Of a stretch of DNA of 64,000 nucleotides, positions 47,674 to 60,322 are shown piece after piece. Below the pieces are notes generated by a model. The model was not told the origin of the DNA. It was given only the letters and a program-made list of their open reading frames with translations, and made no database searches. The translations under genes and the position numbers were made by a program. Source of the stretch: Camelus dromedarius (lineage: Eukaryota); assembly GCF_036321535.1 (NCBI RefSeq), contig NC_087437.1:16556001-16620000 (forward strand). The letters run 5' to 3'. Position 1 is the first letter of the stretch. The number at the start of each line of letters is the position of its first letter.

Positions 47674-48369
47674 AAACTGTCAAAAAATGAGAGAGTCTGA
47701 GATTTTACCCCACTTATAAGCCAACAAGTTAGCCTAACATTGTTTTGTAGATGCTGGTAGAAGACCAGAGACTCCTGGGTCAGAGATAAAAGACCATTTA
47801 TTACTCACATCAATAGCAGTAGCCCATTTTTTTTTACATTAATTCCAATTCCCACCAGGTGATAGAAAGAAAGCCAGAGGCCACCAGCACCTGCAATGAG
47901 ATGTGTTACAGAAGAATTCTCAGCTTAAAGAATCTAAGTCTTCGGTCCTTCCTAGCATAACCTCCCTTTGCTCATGAGAGAGACACTATCTCTGTCCTCC
48001 AAGGCTGTTTGCTATACAAACAACGTTGAAAAGATAGTTCAGAGCAATGGGCAGTGAGTGCCCCATTCAGAATATGTGCAGGCACTTGACAAAATGATAC
48101 AGAATCGTCTCCCAACACAGTGCAGATGAGAAGGATGTACTGCACTCATCGTCGAAGGAATGATCATTAGCAATTTCTGACCCTGGAGAAAGTGCTTGTA
48201 GCTGTCATTCCACATGTTGCATATTACATAATTAATTACCCCAAAAGGGGTATTAAAACTATAAAAACTAATAAGACAATGGTAATATACAAAATAAGTA
48301 TATATTAAATCATGTGTGTGAAACTTTTGAAAATCGTAAAGCATTATAGAATTTACAGAATCTTTCATT

Positions 48370-48665
48370 AAATAAAAATACCAACTTTCTGTTATACCAG
48401 TAAGAACTAACCAGGTAGAAATTATAGTTTTAAAAAAAAAGGATGACATTCAAAATCGCATTGAAAATATGAAATACAAAGACAGAGTTAATAAGAAAAT
48501 ATGCAGGACTAAATAAAAGAGGCCATAGATTTTCACTAAAGGACATAAAAGTTAGAATTGAATCAGCTGAGAAACATCCTGTGTTCCTGGGCAGGAGAAT
48601 TCACTGTAGTAAAGATGTCAATTCTCTCCCAAATTCATTTATACAGTTAATGTAATTTTTATCCC
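48370..48665 (+). mobile_element. Ancient L1 ORF2 fragment
   Basis: catcctgtgttcctgggcaggagaattcactgtagtaaagatgtcaattctctcccaaattcatttatacag corresponds to decayed [24 protein letters not shown]. Confidence 0.7.
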
Positions 48666-49510
48666 AAAGATTTGGGTGTTCGAGTTGCAGAGAGAGGGGG
48701 TGATTATCCAGGGGAAACACTTGCTTTTATTGCTTGAGCCCTAGATTGATGGCTTGTTCTAATCATCATTCGTTGGCCATCCTATCCAGTTTGCCAACTT
48801 TGTAAGGCCATTTCTCGATTTACAAATCTCTGCGACTTAGAGAGAGCATTAATACAATAGATTGCCTCGAGTTCTGCCTCCTCTCTAAGAGCAAGTTCCG
48901 TAGCTGCAGTCTCTGAATCCTTTGCTAAAAAGCCAAAGTGCAAAGACAAAGTCCTAATTTTTAAAGCTTGCTCTATTGGATTCTCCCACTGTACCCAGAG
49001 TCGCTCAGTTAAGATCTCTGCAGCAGACCCTAGACATCATGAATAAGGGAGCAACAGAAGTGGAATTAATTACGGTTCCAGCACCAGTGAATCTCTCACA
49101 GAGGTTCAATGAGGACCTTTCAGTGGCTTTGCAGCATCCTCCGTTTTGATCTTGTAGAGCCAAATAAAATGCATTAGTAAAACTGCTCAGATGCCGAACA
49201 GTTAACTCCACATCCGCATCTCCTTTGCCTACCCGCTAGTGCTGATCCAGCACCTGAGACAAGAGGAAAAAACCCCAGGAAGTGGTCACATCGTGGGAAA
49301 CTGACCCTTTCCCCACCCTCCCCACACCACAAAGCAGGGGAGAACACACTCATCTTTTATAATGGTCAGGAAAGCTTTGTCCTGCTCCCTGCTTTCCGTG
49401 GGTACTACCTCAACTCACATGAAAGTGCACATGTATCTTTTCTTTGGAAACCCCCTCCAAAGAAAAGAATTCCACTTATGCGATCTGGTTCCAACTCTGA
49501 CCATATTTAT

Positions 49511-49685
49511 TCAGAATAGCTACACAATTTGTGGGGCCCTGTGTTAAATGAAAACACGGGACCCTTGTTCAAAAAAATGTTAAGAATTTCAAAACAAGAG
49601 CAGAGCGTTTTACCAAGCGTGGGCCCTTCGTAGCGCAGGGCCCTGTGCAAATGCACAGGTTACACAACCATGTAGCCAGTGCTGC
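49511..49685 (+). mobile_element. MER45A-like hAT MITE
   Basis: gctacacaatttgtggggccctgtgttaaatgaaaacacgggacccttgttcaaaa...gggccctgtgcaaatgcacaggttacac. Confidence 0.7.
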
Positions 49686-50119
49686 ATTTATGTTTCTAGC
49701 ATCACCCAGGGTTTGCTTCTTCAGGTTGACTCCTGTTTTCTGCAGCTTTTTTAAGAGGTTAAGCCCCAGCTTATGTCAGCGGCAAGGTTGTAAACAAGAG
49801 GAATGTAACTCCTCCAATTGCTCCAAAGTGAGTTCAGCTCTGGGGTGAATGGTGTTGGGTGGAAGATAAGAATCTGTGTCCAATCCAATTATGGTTGGAA
49901 CAGCAGGTAAGCAATAGCAGGTGACTGCAGTTACAGACCTATTGACCCAGCCCTGTTCCAGATTTGCAGTTTCGGAGGCTTGTCACACTGCCATACAGGT
50001 AGGACTTAGAAAGGACAATCAGGCCATCCTGCCGGGGTTTCACTGGATGACCGTGGAGCAGGAGGGCCCTAGAGGGGACTGTCACTTCAGAGAAGAGTGT
50101 CCCAGACTGACACTCAACG

Positions 50120-50410
50120 GAGCCCGTGCAGCCTAAAGACACATTTTTGTTGGCTTATAATATTTTTTAAACTGTAAAATGTCACCTTAAAATCTGGATC
50201 TCTGTCTTTCATTAATAATCAGAAGAGCTAGAATCCCTGGGTGCACATCTCTGCATGGCAACAGCCAACCAGAGTTGATGAGCCGCTGCCCTTAGACGTG
50301 GCACATGCTTCCAGGGCCCCCTAGCCCCCAGCCTTCCCTGTTATTCTATAACCTGATTAACATATACGTCCTACCTGCCTGGCCCTGATCCGGAGCATAT
50401 GACCCTTGGT
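50120..50410 (+). mobile_element. MER102-like hAT element
   Basis: ttaaaatctggatctctgtctttc...ctgggtgcacatctctgcatggcaacagccaaccagagttgatgagccgctgccc. Confidence 0.55.
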
Positions 50411-53400
50411 TCCTCATGGGCTCTTCCAACTCTGAGAAGCCACTAAGGGCCCAGCCTCTACCATGGATTAACAGTGGACTGAATACAACTGCAGAACAAT
50501 TTACGATAATTTCTATAACCGACTTTCAAACATTATGAACACAACATGAACATAAGAGTCAAGTACTATGCAAGATGACGGTGACGATGTTGAAGATGAT
50601 GGCAGTGGTGGTTGCCACTGTTAAGCACTTATCAGCCACAGTGTAAAGACTGTACTGTGTGGTATCTTGTTTGGTCTTGATAGGTGGTGCCGAGCCCGGA
50701 CACTCGTACCATCTGACTTAGGTGTCACCTGCTTTCACCCATCTCCAGCTACCAGGTGAGACATTCCCTTCCCCCACTACACCAGGGCTCCCCAAACTCT
50801 GCTGTGCCAACAGGACACTATATAATGTCCTGCCTTAGCAGCCAAGCTATCCAGTTTCTGTCCCTTCCCCACCAGTCTGGGTTACTGAGTCCCAGCAAGC
50901 CAGAGTCCTGGGGCCTCTCACTGGCTCACCTAGAGACCTCTTCATGATGGAATCTCAAAGTGTTCCATCCAACCCAACCTGTCTCAGGGCATTGCCCACG
51001 GTGCAGGGGGGGACACTGCCAAGGCCAGGCGAGTAGACCATGGGAAGGATCTCTACAAAGAGAACTCAGGAGCCAAATGGGACTGGCATCCTTACCAGCC
51101 AACTTCCCAGCCTCCAGACCAATGACAGCTTCCCTTTCTCCTCCCTGTGCTGCCTCCTCTCCGTCTGCCCCTGGGCCTGATCAGCTGTTGTCCCAAAGAG
51201 ATTCTATCTGGTTGCCTCCTGAGATACTGCTCCGTCCCTTCAGGCTACATGTGAGTTCCTTCCTTCAAAGCCTCAGGACACTGTAGGCCCAAAGGGGCCT
51301 CCTAGGCACTTAGCCTAGTAGCAGGGAGGCTCCCTTCATCCCTATTTGGGATACTAACCTGAGTTGGAGACCCTCACTGGAGGCTGTGTTTAGGAATGCT
51401 TCTGAAAGTTTCTTGCTCAAACACACACCCATGTGCTTTGAAATACCTGCTTTTTGAAGCTTAAGGACTAGATGTACATGCTGAGTTCCTGGACAAAATA
51501 AGATTATGGTCCCCAGAAGCTACCAAGGCCACATAATGAGAAAGACTCTGTCTTCTTCAGGTGAGGGCCTCCCAAGTATTGGCTGCACCAAAGTCAGGAC
51601 CCAAGGTCCCAAATCTGCTCAACGGGGTCTTATCAGGTCCAGCAGAGAGGATCAGACAACAAGAGACTGAATCGTGGGAGCTGAACTCAACAAAGAGTGA
51701 TTGATAGACTAATATCCCTTATTAGTTCCCAGCAGGAGGGTTCTCACTGAAAAAAAAACCCATGCCAGTCATCAGATTGCAAGTTCTCTGCTGGGTGAGC
51801 AGAGAACACGAGCCAGGGCAGCTGGATGTTCTTTCAGAGAATTACTTTCCAGCTCCGGTTGCTTGATAAATTGCCTTTCTCCACTGGAGGGATATTTCAG
51901 TCTGAGGAACCAGTGCAGGTCATCTGAAGTCAGATCACGCTCTCATCGGGCAACATTAGAGGAAATCTTTCAAAGTCTTAGTCTCCTCTGTTCCTTCCTT
52001 GATATTCCTTATCATTTACCCTATCTTTCAAAAGCCACTGCCGTGATGTGATCTCATGTTGCAGTTTCCCAGACTACTGCCTACTCTACATTAGCTACGT
52101 TTGTGATGGCTGTTTCCCAGAACACGAGCAAGGAAAGCCACCTCCCAATCACAATGACTTATGGCTTACTGCTCCAAGCCATCGTGTTTTCATTCTTGTA
52201 GTTTCAGTTTCCCAGAATGGCATTGCTTAACCTTATTTTCCAAAAGAGGCAGCTCGAAGGGACTGGAAAGAGACCAGGAACCAGAATCAGAAGACCTGGT
52301 AAGACAATTTTCCTTGAAAAAGTTCTGTGTCCACAGCTGTAAATGGACATAGAAATGTCTTGCATGCCTAGCTTATTTCAAAGGAAAAAACTGTAAAACA
52401 AATGTGCTAAATAAATGTTGGAGTTACGGCTCGTCTGGGAGGCTCAATGGATTCCAGCCCAAGCACACGGACTCTGGGGCCCTTGTTCACATCACTGTCT
52501 TTGATGGCTTCTCTTAAGCCTTGCCAGCAACAAAGCAGGCCCTCCACTGCCACTCAACACTATACTCTAGCAGTTAAAGGGGCCAGAGGTAGGCAGAGAT
52601 GGAAGAGAGGGAGTAAGGGACACAGGAAATAAAACAGCAAGCTTAGGACCAGCAAGCTCCCCAGTCATGATCTGTTTGAAGAAGCAGGTCCCAGCCAGCA
52701 CCCCAAGACCCAAACAGAAAGTGACAGAAGATCATTGGATGTTGGCATCTCTCAAATCTGGGCCCCAATGCTTATTGTCTGTGAGACCTTGGAAAAGTCA
52801 CTTCACTTCCTCTCAGTTTCATAATAAAGAAGAGATAAAACACCTGCCAGGCTCTCCTGAGGATTAAAGTTACAATTTGTGAAACCCCTGCTCCACATTA
52901 GATGCTCAACAGACATTGGCTTTCTTCCTTATAAGGCAACACTCACAGGGCAGCCCTCCCTGTTTAAGCAGAACTAAAGTAACTACCCCAGGTTCACCAA
53001 GCCAAGCACTCAAATTCCTACAGGCTTCTTTTATAGACTCCAAAGTCAATTGTTTATAGCAACTAGGAACACTCTAAAATGGCATGCAAATTGTTGTGGG
53101 GAAACGGGTGTGCTCATATTTCTAGAGAGGAGGTCCATAGCTTTTAAAGGTATCCTTGCAGCATCACTCTGCCCAGAGTCTCTGCTGCAGGGAATATCCT
53201 TCCAAAAAGCAAAGACACTTCCAGCCAGGGAAAGGGTGGATCTTTCTCTCCAGACTTGAGGCTGTGCCACAGATCAGCCCTATCCCGTGGGTTCTGTTTA
53301 ATATCTGGTCTCTATGCTTTGCAAATTTCCTGAGACAAATATAACCACGGTGAGAATTTAGAGTCGTTTTTGGTTGGTTTGCTTTGATTTGCTTGCTGCT

Positions 53401-53934
53401 GTTGTTCTCCAGCCTCATGCCGTGATGGATGGGCTACAAGGACACACAGTGATTTATCCAGCAGAGAACAGACAATACGTGTACACCCACATACACACGC
53501 GAACTCCCTCTGAGAACACTGTGCACTCTCAGTTAGAGCGATGTGCTTTGGACAAATGGGAAACTGAGGTCTGGGGTTAAAGAACTTGAATCTGAAAATG
53601 TCTAACACTAATTATCATTTATCTAAGGGATTCTTTCCATATGCCAGTTACTTTTCCTACAATATCTAGTCCTCACACAATGCCACAAGGTAGATATGAT
53701 TCTCTCATTATCAAGGCAGCTGGGACTCAGAGGATAAATACCTTTCCCAGGAGGATCTGAATCCCAGCCACTTCCAACGGAGCTTGAGGGAAATTTTATT
53801 AAAAACCAGTAAATACAAAGAGTTTAGGGTAAGACATTTAAGGCTAAAAACGGAAACCAAAAAAGCATGTGGAAGGGCAAAAGAATAAAAGGTGGACATC
53901 GTATGGAGCCTTAAGGCGAGAAGGAAAAAGTCTT

Positions 53935-54415
53935 TCTTTCAACTACCATAGTGGAATAAAACAGCAACCATTTTATTATGCTCACAGCTTCTGTGGGTCA
54001 GAAATCTGGAAAGGGCACAGCAGAGATGGCTTACAGCTTGTCTAGGCTCCAGCACGTCTGGGCCCTCAGCTGGGAAGACTTGAAGGCTGGAGGTGACTCC
54101 GTGGCTAGGGTCTAGAACTGTCCTCCGGCACTTTCAGTCCTGTCTGCTGTGGATGCCGGCTGCCGCCCGGGATCGCGGCTGGAGCTGTCAGCCAGGGCAC
54201 CTCCGCACGCCTCTGCACGTGACCTGGGCTTCCGCACAGCATGGCAGCCTCAAGGGGGCTGACAGTTTCCCGGGGCAGCCCAGGGCCTCAAAAGCAGGTG
54301 TCCCAGTGGACAAGGCAGAAACTGCAATGTCTTTTTTAATATTTTTTGGTTTAGCCTCAGAAATCACACAAGGTCATTTCTCATCCATTCTATTGATTAG
54401 AAGTGAGTCGCAGCC
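53935..54415 (-). mobile_element. MaLR solo LTR (MLT1H-like)
   Basis: taaaacagcaaccattttattatgctcacagcttctgtgggtcagaaatctggaaagggcacagcagagatggc...ttagcctcagaaatcacaca...ccattctattg. Confidence 0.8.
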
Positions 54416-55219
54416 ATTTAAAATAAACCCCACAGTCTTTTATCCATTTGCTAGGCTGTAAGATAGATAACTAGCAAAGTAAGACCAAGAGGCCAACAAA
54501 CATACATAATTTAAAAAAATTTTAAGTGTTGATTTGGAAAATCAGAGTATATTAAATTCCTCATAAATGGGGCTGACTTATGCCAGATCAGGGCCATCTG
54601 ACCAAGGGTGAGTGAGAATTTCCTCCCGTGCTATCTAGAAAGTCTTCCTCGGCAGTTTAATCATGTAAACAAGATGCGGGGTCAGGCAGGGTTTGTCTAC
54701 AACCTACTTAGGAAAAACTGTTCTTAAGAACTTTAGCACTTTAACCACTTTAATTGTTTGCATGCCAATTAATTGGCACTGCTAATTATAAATGAGTTAT
54801 CTGTTCATTAAAGCAGGCTTAGACGAATGTCAGCTTAAAAGCACTTAGCAGTTAGTGGGGATCCCTTTAAAAATGTATGTAAGTAAGAAATTCTATAATA
54901 AGCAAGAAAATCTATAATGTATTTTTCACAAATTCTGATTCATTCCACTGTGGTGATATAGTAAGATTTTAATAAATAAGACTTGAGAAGAAAGGTAAAT
55001 TTTCCAATGAGAAGAATGAAAGGCATTCCAGTAGACTGAGGCAAAGCAAAACCACGGAGAAAAGCTTTTGAGCTGTTTGTAATCTAAGGGTAAAAATGTA
55101 AAGAATAAAGAAAGAAAAAAATACAAAATACTGGAAAAGACAAAGGAAGCCAAGTGGTGATGGGAGGTCCTAATGGTGGGTTCTGGGGTCCCTGTAGTGA
55201 TTAGCCTTTGAAAGAAGCA

Positions 55220-55745
55220 GTCTTGTTCTGATTCTCTATTGTTGGGTAACAAACTATCCCAAAATTGAGTAGCCTAAAACAACCTACTTGTTCTGCTCCT
55301 TTTCAGTGTTGTGGGAGGAATACAGCAAGAGCTCAGCTGGGCTGTTCCCCTCTGATCCACATCTTTTCAGCCAGGGCAGCTGGAACAGAAGGATTCCCTG
55401 ACAAGATAGCTTCTTCACGCACATGAGTGGCAACCCTGTGCTCCCTGGCCTCTCTCTCTACCTGGAGTCTCATCCTCCAGGTCGTCTCCAAATGGTCTGA
55501 GCTCCTCACAGCATAGTGACCTCCACGTAACCGGTCATCTGGCATGGTGGTTCCAAGAGACCAAGGCAGACACTTCCAGTCTCCTTAAACTCTAGACCTA
55601 GAACTGGCATAGTGTCTCTTATGCCCATTGGTTTAGGCTATTGGTCAAGGCTGTCACAAACCAGCAGACTCAAGGGAAATGAAATGAACCTCATCTCTTG
55701 ATGAAAAAGAGTATTCAAAAACTGGCCACCATTTTTAATCCACCG
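55220..55745 (-). mobile_element. MaLR solo LTR (MLT1G/H-like)
   Basis: ctattgttgggtaacaaactatcccaaaattgagtagcctaaaacaac...ccaagagaccaaggcagacacttccagtc...ggccaccatttttaatccacc. Confidence 0.8.
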
Positions 55746-56954
55746 CAAGTCCACCATGAGTCTGGATGAAGTTGCATGATATTTAAAGCAGAGAAAGAAA
55801 CCAGTGAAGTTAGCAGCACCTCCCAGGGCAGCTGAAGTGAGTGCCTACATGCCACGCTGATTTTCAGTTTTATTTTCCTGTTTTGGTCCCTGAATCTTTT
55901 CTTTCCTAATTTCCTGAAAGCTCTACGGTGCATCTAAAAGAATGTTCATTTCATTTTATTCAGTGCTCCAGTTTTGTTGTTGTTATTGTCAGAAGAGGCT
56001 TTTCAGGGTAGTTAGTTCACCAACTTCCCATAAATGGAAATCCTCATACATACTCCTTTTAACTTCCGTGAGAAATGGCTTGTAATTTGCACTGTTGCTC
56101 ATATTGAACATGAACATTATTTATTAATAGATGTTAGTTTAAAAAAATGAATAAGGACATTATTTATTTACAAAGTATTTCCTTTTTTAAGAATCTACTA
56201 AATTTTTTTTTAATCTTGACACCGAAAAGTTTTTTTCAAATTACATTAAATACTGAGACAAATTTGTTTGAAAGGATAATTACGAACTTTCCTCCTGCCC
56301 TTTATTCTTTATGAATCAAACAAGACATCTGTTGGGCCAGTGTGGTGAAGTCACTGTCACAGTCTAAGCAACCTAGAAAATGATCTTTGAGCACACATTC
56401 TATTCTAGTATTAAAGCTCATAAAACCAGGACAGGGTTTTTTGTATATTTTGTTAATAATCCATGATTAATAGGTCTGAGCAAATTTAACTTTATGTCCC
56501 TGATGGTGAGATAAAAACCTGGGTGGACTTAATTTGCCTTCTATTTCATAATTCATTTAGTGAAACATCAGAGGTGCAAATAAAATTTAAAAGAAAAGTA
56601 GTGATGTGGGCAAAAATGACAGTTTTATGATATAAATATGTGAATTTCAGTTATTCAGATTATTTGCAGTACAGATCAGCCTGGCCCATTGAAGATTCTA
56701 GTCAATCAAAGCCTTCCTTGAATTATTGATTGCTCCCTCATTCCCCTCTCATCTTCCTATTTCTCGCTATCGCCATATCTTCCCTTTTTGCACTACCATA
56801 TCAGCAGCTCCAGATTTGATAGGGTTCCCCACTTTTGTCCCTCTGATATGTAAAAAATCTAGCCCCAGCACTGAATTAACAGCAAAGATAAACTGCTACA
56901 GAGGCTGTGGAATTTTACCTCACGGAACCCATACGAAAGTATAGGGCAATGGTC

Positions 56955-57030
56955 GGGGGGGTAATAGCTCAGTGGTAGAGTGCATGCTTAGCACGCATGT
57001 TACTAAATTTTTTTTAATTTAAAATTTTAA
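56955..57030 (+). mobile_element. Truncated tRNA-Ala-derived SINE (5' half only)
   Basis: gggggggtaatagctcagtggtagagtgcatgcttagcacgcatg followed directly by AT-rich sequence; AAGTATAG on both sides. Confidence 0.75.
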
Positions 57031-57404
57031 GTATAGCAAAATTAATTAGCTATTTCTGTCCGTGCACTGTCCCTCCCACCAAACCCTCAACTCCGTGAGA
57101 GAGGAAGCCAAGTTCTCATGCCTCTTGTAGGCTCCTGTGCCTGGCCCAGGACTTGGTACAAGCTCCAATCTAGATGACTTCTTGATGAAAATGATCATCT
57201 TGGTTATAACTGTTATTATCATCCAAACTCCTGCCATCTTTTGAGCACATGCTTTTCAGATTCAGTTTTGACTCCACAAAATAATGTTAAGTAGTAGCAG
57301 TGTAGAAGTATTTTTTTTAACATGGGAAAGTCGAGATTCAGAGAGAATAATTTGATCAAAGTCACACAGAGCATAAGTAATGGCCTGTATAGCATCTTTG
57401 TGAC

Positions 57405-57600
57405 ATATTCTGGGCAGATAAAGCTTAGAAGGCATCCCCATGGTGTTGACAAATTGGGAAAAAGTACCCTTTCCCTGGGTGGATGCAGCCCCATGAACAC
57501 ACAGCTTGGTCAGGGGACATTGGTGGAATGTCAGCCTCCCCCGTCCCCTCAGTGGGGACTGTTTGTGCAGTATACAACCTGCACAATCGTATGTTCAGAC
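57405..57600 (-). mobile_element. MER91-like hAT element within a MIR
   Basis: ttgtgcagtatacaacctgcacaatcgtatg resembles the reverse-complemented MER91 end; MIR sequence at ~57230-57390 and ~57600-57630. Confidence 0.5.
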
Positions 57601-60287
57601 CCACAAGTCTCTGATTCCAAATCCCATGATGTGGTCTTTCCAGCCTCTGTGATCGGTCAGTGAGGACGACTCATGATCCCTCAGTGTTTGGCCCTAAGAT
57701 AGGTGGGGTAATTCTTGCTTCCTCACAATTTTTCCTTGTGAATCATTTGAGTTGCCTGAGCTGTAGTTTATGATGCTCCTCTCCGCTCGTTCATCAGTGC
57801 CAGCTGCGAAAGAGGACTCCCAGTGCTCTTTCCTTGACCCTGGGTCTCTTGGTGATTGAGGATTGGAGAGGGGAGCGTGGATAGCACAACACCAGGCTTT
57901 GCCACCATAATGGTAAATTTTCACATCAGTATAACAACCAAGCAAGCCATGCCTCCCACCTCTCCAGTACAAACAGTGGCAACATGGCTGCACAACTCCA
58001 GCCCTAAACAAGCACTTGCTCACAGAAACCCCAACAAATCACAAAGCATGAGCAGCCATAGCAGGCACCAGGGTAATAATTTATTTTTAATGCCATGCTG
58101 TCTTTAACAGTGCAATTTCCTCCAGGGTGTTTGCTTTGAGATTGCAAGATAATTACATCTCAGAAACCAGGCTAATTACAGTTAACAGCCTGAAAACCAA
58201 AGGAACCCTTCCCTCCACCCCCATCTTTTTTTTTTTCCACTAGAATACTATGCAAATTCCAGTTAAACCGTGCAGCATCATTCAGGAAACCAATTTTGAC
58301 TACAGCTGAGAGGTTCGCTCTCCCCTCCTTACAGCACATGTATAGCTCGAACTGATGTGTATCAGAGGGACGTAACACAGCCTCAGTGATTAGAATAACT
58401 AACGGCACGATAGAAAGGAAACAGTGACCGTGCTTTTCCAATGGAGAAAAAGTCTAAACGTTTCTGGTGGAAAATCAGGGTGTGAGTGTGGATTCATGCC
58501 CCAAAGATGAGATTACCTGTGACCTCTAGATACCCTTTAGGGTCTCCTGGAGTAAATAATCAACTAATTTGAGCCGTTTGTAGGATTAAGGAGCTGGAAG
58601 GAATGTGAGAAATCATCCGGTCAGTTTTCTTTATTCCTAAAGTGTCAAAAATGCAAAGCATTTATACCCAAAGCGAAAGTCAAGAATGATTCCATGACCT
58701 GATCATTCACTCAAAAAACATTTTTTATCACCTCCCAGGCTCCACACTCTAGGGTGAGGATATGTAAGTGGATTTCCTGATTGTTTTCATAATCCTCATC
58801 AGAAATTTCTCCCAGTCCTAAATCTATCTTGAGGCAACTTCAGAACTTTTCCTCTGCTATGTTTTAGCTGAGATAAAGACTCTTTCAAGTGGGTAGAGCT
58901 GTCCCCACCATCTCCTTTGGATGGCGTAACTTCCACTTCGGGTGCTTCTGAACTTTTTAATCATCTGCATAATATTTCCTAATTTGTCCCCAGTTTCCAT
59001 TAGCCTTTAAAGTATGCAAGCCAAACATCACAACTAGCTCTGGCTCAATTTGGCATCTCATAGGAACTAGGGCTTGGATTTTCCTTTTTCCATTTGTGAG
59101 GAAAAGGAAACTGGGTTGGAGAAGAGAATAGGAGATCCAATATTCTGAACTTTCACATGCAATTCATTCCTGCTTCTGTAGTGCCTCCAGAACTTATTTA
59201 CCTGACATCATAGTCTCAAACATGATATAACTAAAGCCAAGCCTCTGTTTCATGCTCTGCGGAAAGCTAGAGGTGTTCCTCTCCATTCACATCTTATTCA
59301 GAAAAGCAACATATTGGCCCTTCCATCAGGCTCCTTGCTAGAGGCTCCTAATTGCTAATAATGTAAAATTTGCATGCAAATGGTATTTCTCATAGTAACA
59401 ACTCCCTAGCAACACTGCCTGGCTTCATTCATTCTTTTAACAAACGCGTACTGAGTGCTCACCCTGGGGGTGGGAACTCCACCATCTTCCTTCCTGTTCA
59501 ACTACTCCTCTTATTAGCTCTCCCCTTAAAGAGGGGGAATTGCTAATCTTGATCGATCAGGACATTCAGTGGGGCCATTTTTTCTAGCAGGGAGGATGAC
59601 TTTGCCCTAAAATCAGCACCCAGGTAAACTGCTTACCTTTCTGCCTCAGACCCAGGTCGGTCCTGGTGCCAGAGGTGGGTCAGGCATCCTTATTAGTCTT
59701 CCTCTTCTAGTCCACAAGCTGGGAAATGTTCCCAGAGACTCTCTGGGGACAATCCACCTTTCTCTCCTCTTTGTCTCTGTCTGTCCGTGGGCATTCCTGA
59801 GCATTATGATCCTAAGATTTGGTTAGGGGGCAGTGGGGAAGTAAGAGACCCACTACCTCCTTCCTCAGGCTCACGTCTCTCAAAACCCAAGACCCAAGTC
59901 ATGTCTCCTTCCCAGTTTCATCACAGAGTCCTAAATTGGGAGCTAGATTGCTACTGGGAGTAGTACTTTCAATTAGCTTCCCCAGAACGACCTTTGGAAG
60001 ATAGAGAAGATTGGTAGGATATGATTTGAGTATCCAGACTAGGAAATCATCACAGTAGCCAATAATCTGACCTCCAGTCTCGAAAATTTGCCATGTATCA
60101 TGTCTGGTGCTAGTGGCCAAGGAGACAGTCATACGAAGCGTAACGCTCTTCTCCGGAGGCTTATGATCTAGCGGAACATTTCAATTTCCTTGGAAATGAC
60201 GTTTCCATTATCTGAAAAATAAAATATTTATCCTTTACAAGTGAACATTTTCAATGAAATCTAAGATTTAAAAGGGGTTTCATGGCA

Positions 60288-60322
60288 GGAATTTGGAAAT
60301 TTGGAATTTTGGGAATTTGGAA
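60288..60322. repeat. Short GGAATTT-based tandem repeat
   Basis: ggaatttggaaatttggaattttgggaatttggaa. Confidence 0.8.

Larger units (their letters stand above)
43909..48117 (-). mobile_element. Internally deleted two-LTR provirus, class III type (LTR40/ERVL-like LTRs)
   Basis: Homologous LTRs at 47678-48117 (5') and 43909-44369 (3') sharing actcctgggtcagaga, gagagagacactatctc and ttgaaaagatagt(c/t)caga(a/g)caa(a/t)gggcagtgagtg; flanks GAGTG (43904-43908) / CAGTG (48118-48122); PBS, pro and env remnants in retroviral order. Confidence 0.85.

Noticed and set aside
50950..51750. Possible very old LTR/Gypsy-like relics here and at ~19420-19960 and ~59520-60860
   Set aside because: LTR-like appearance only; I could not identify termini, TSDs or a family with confidence
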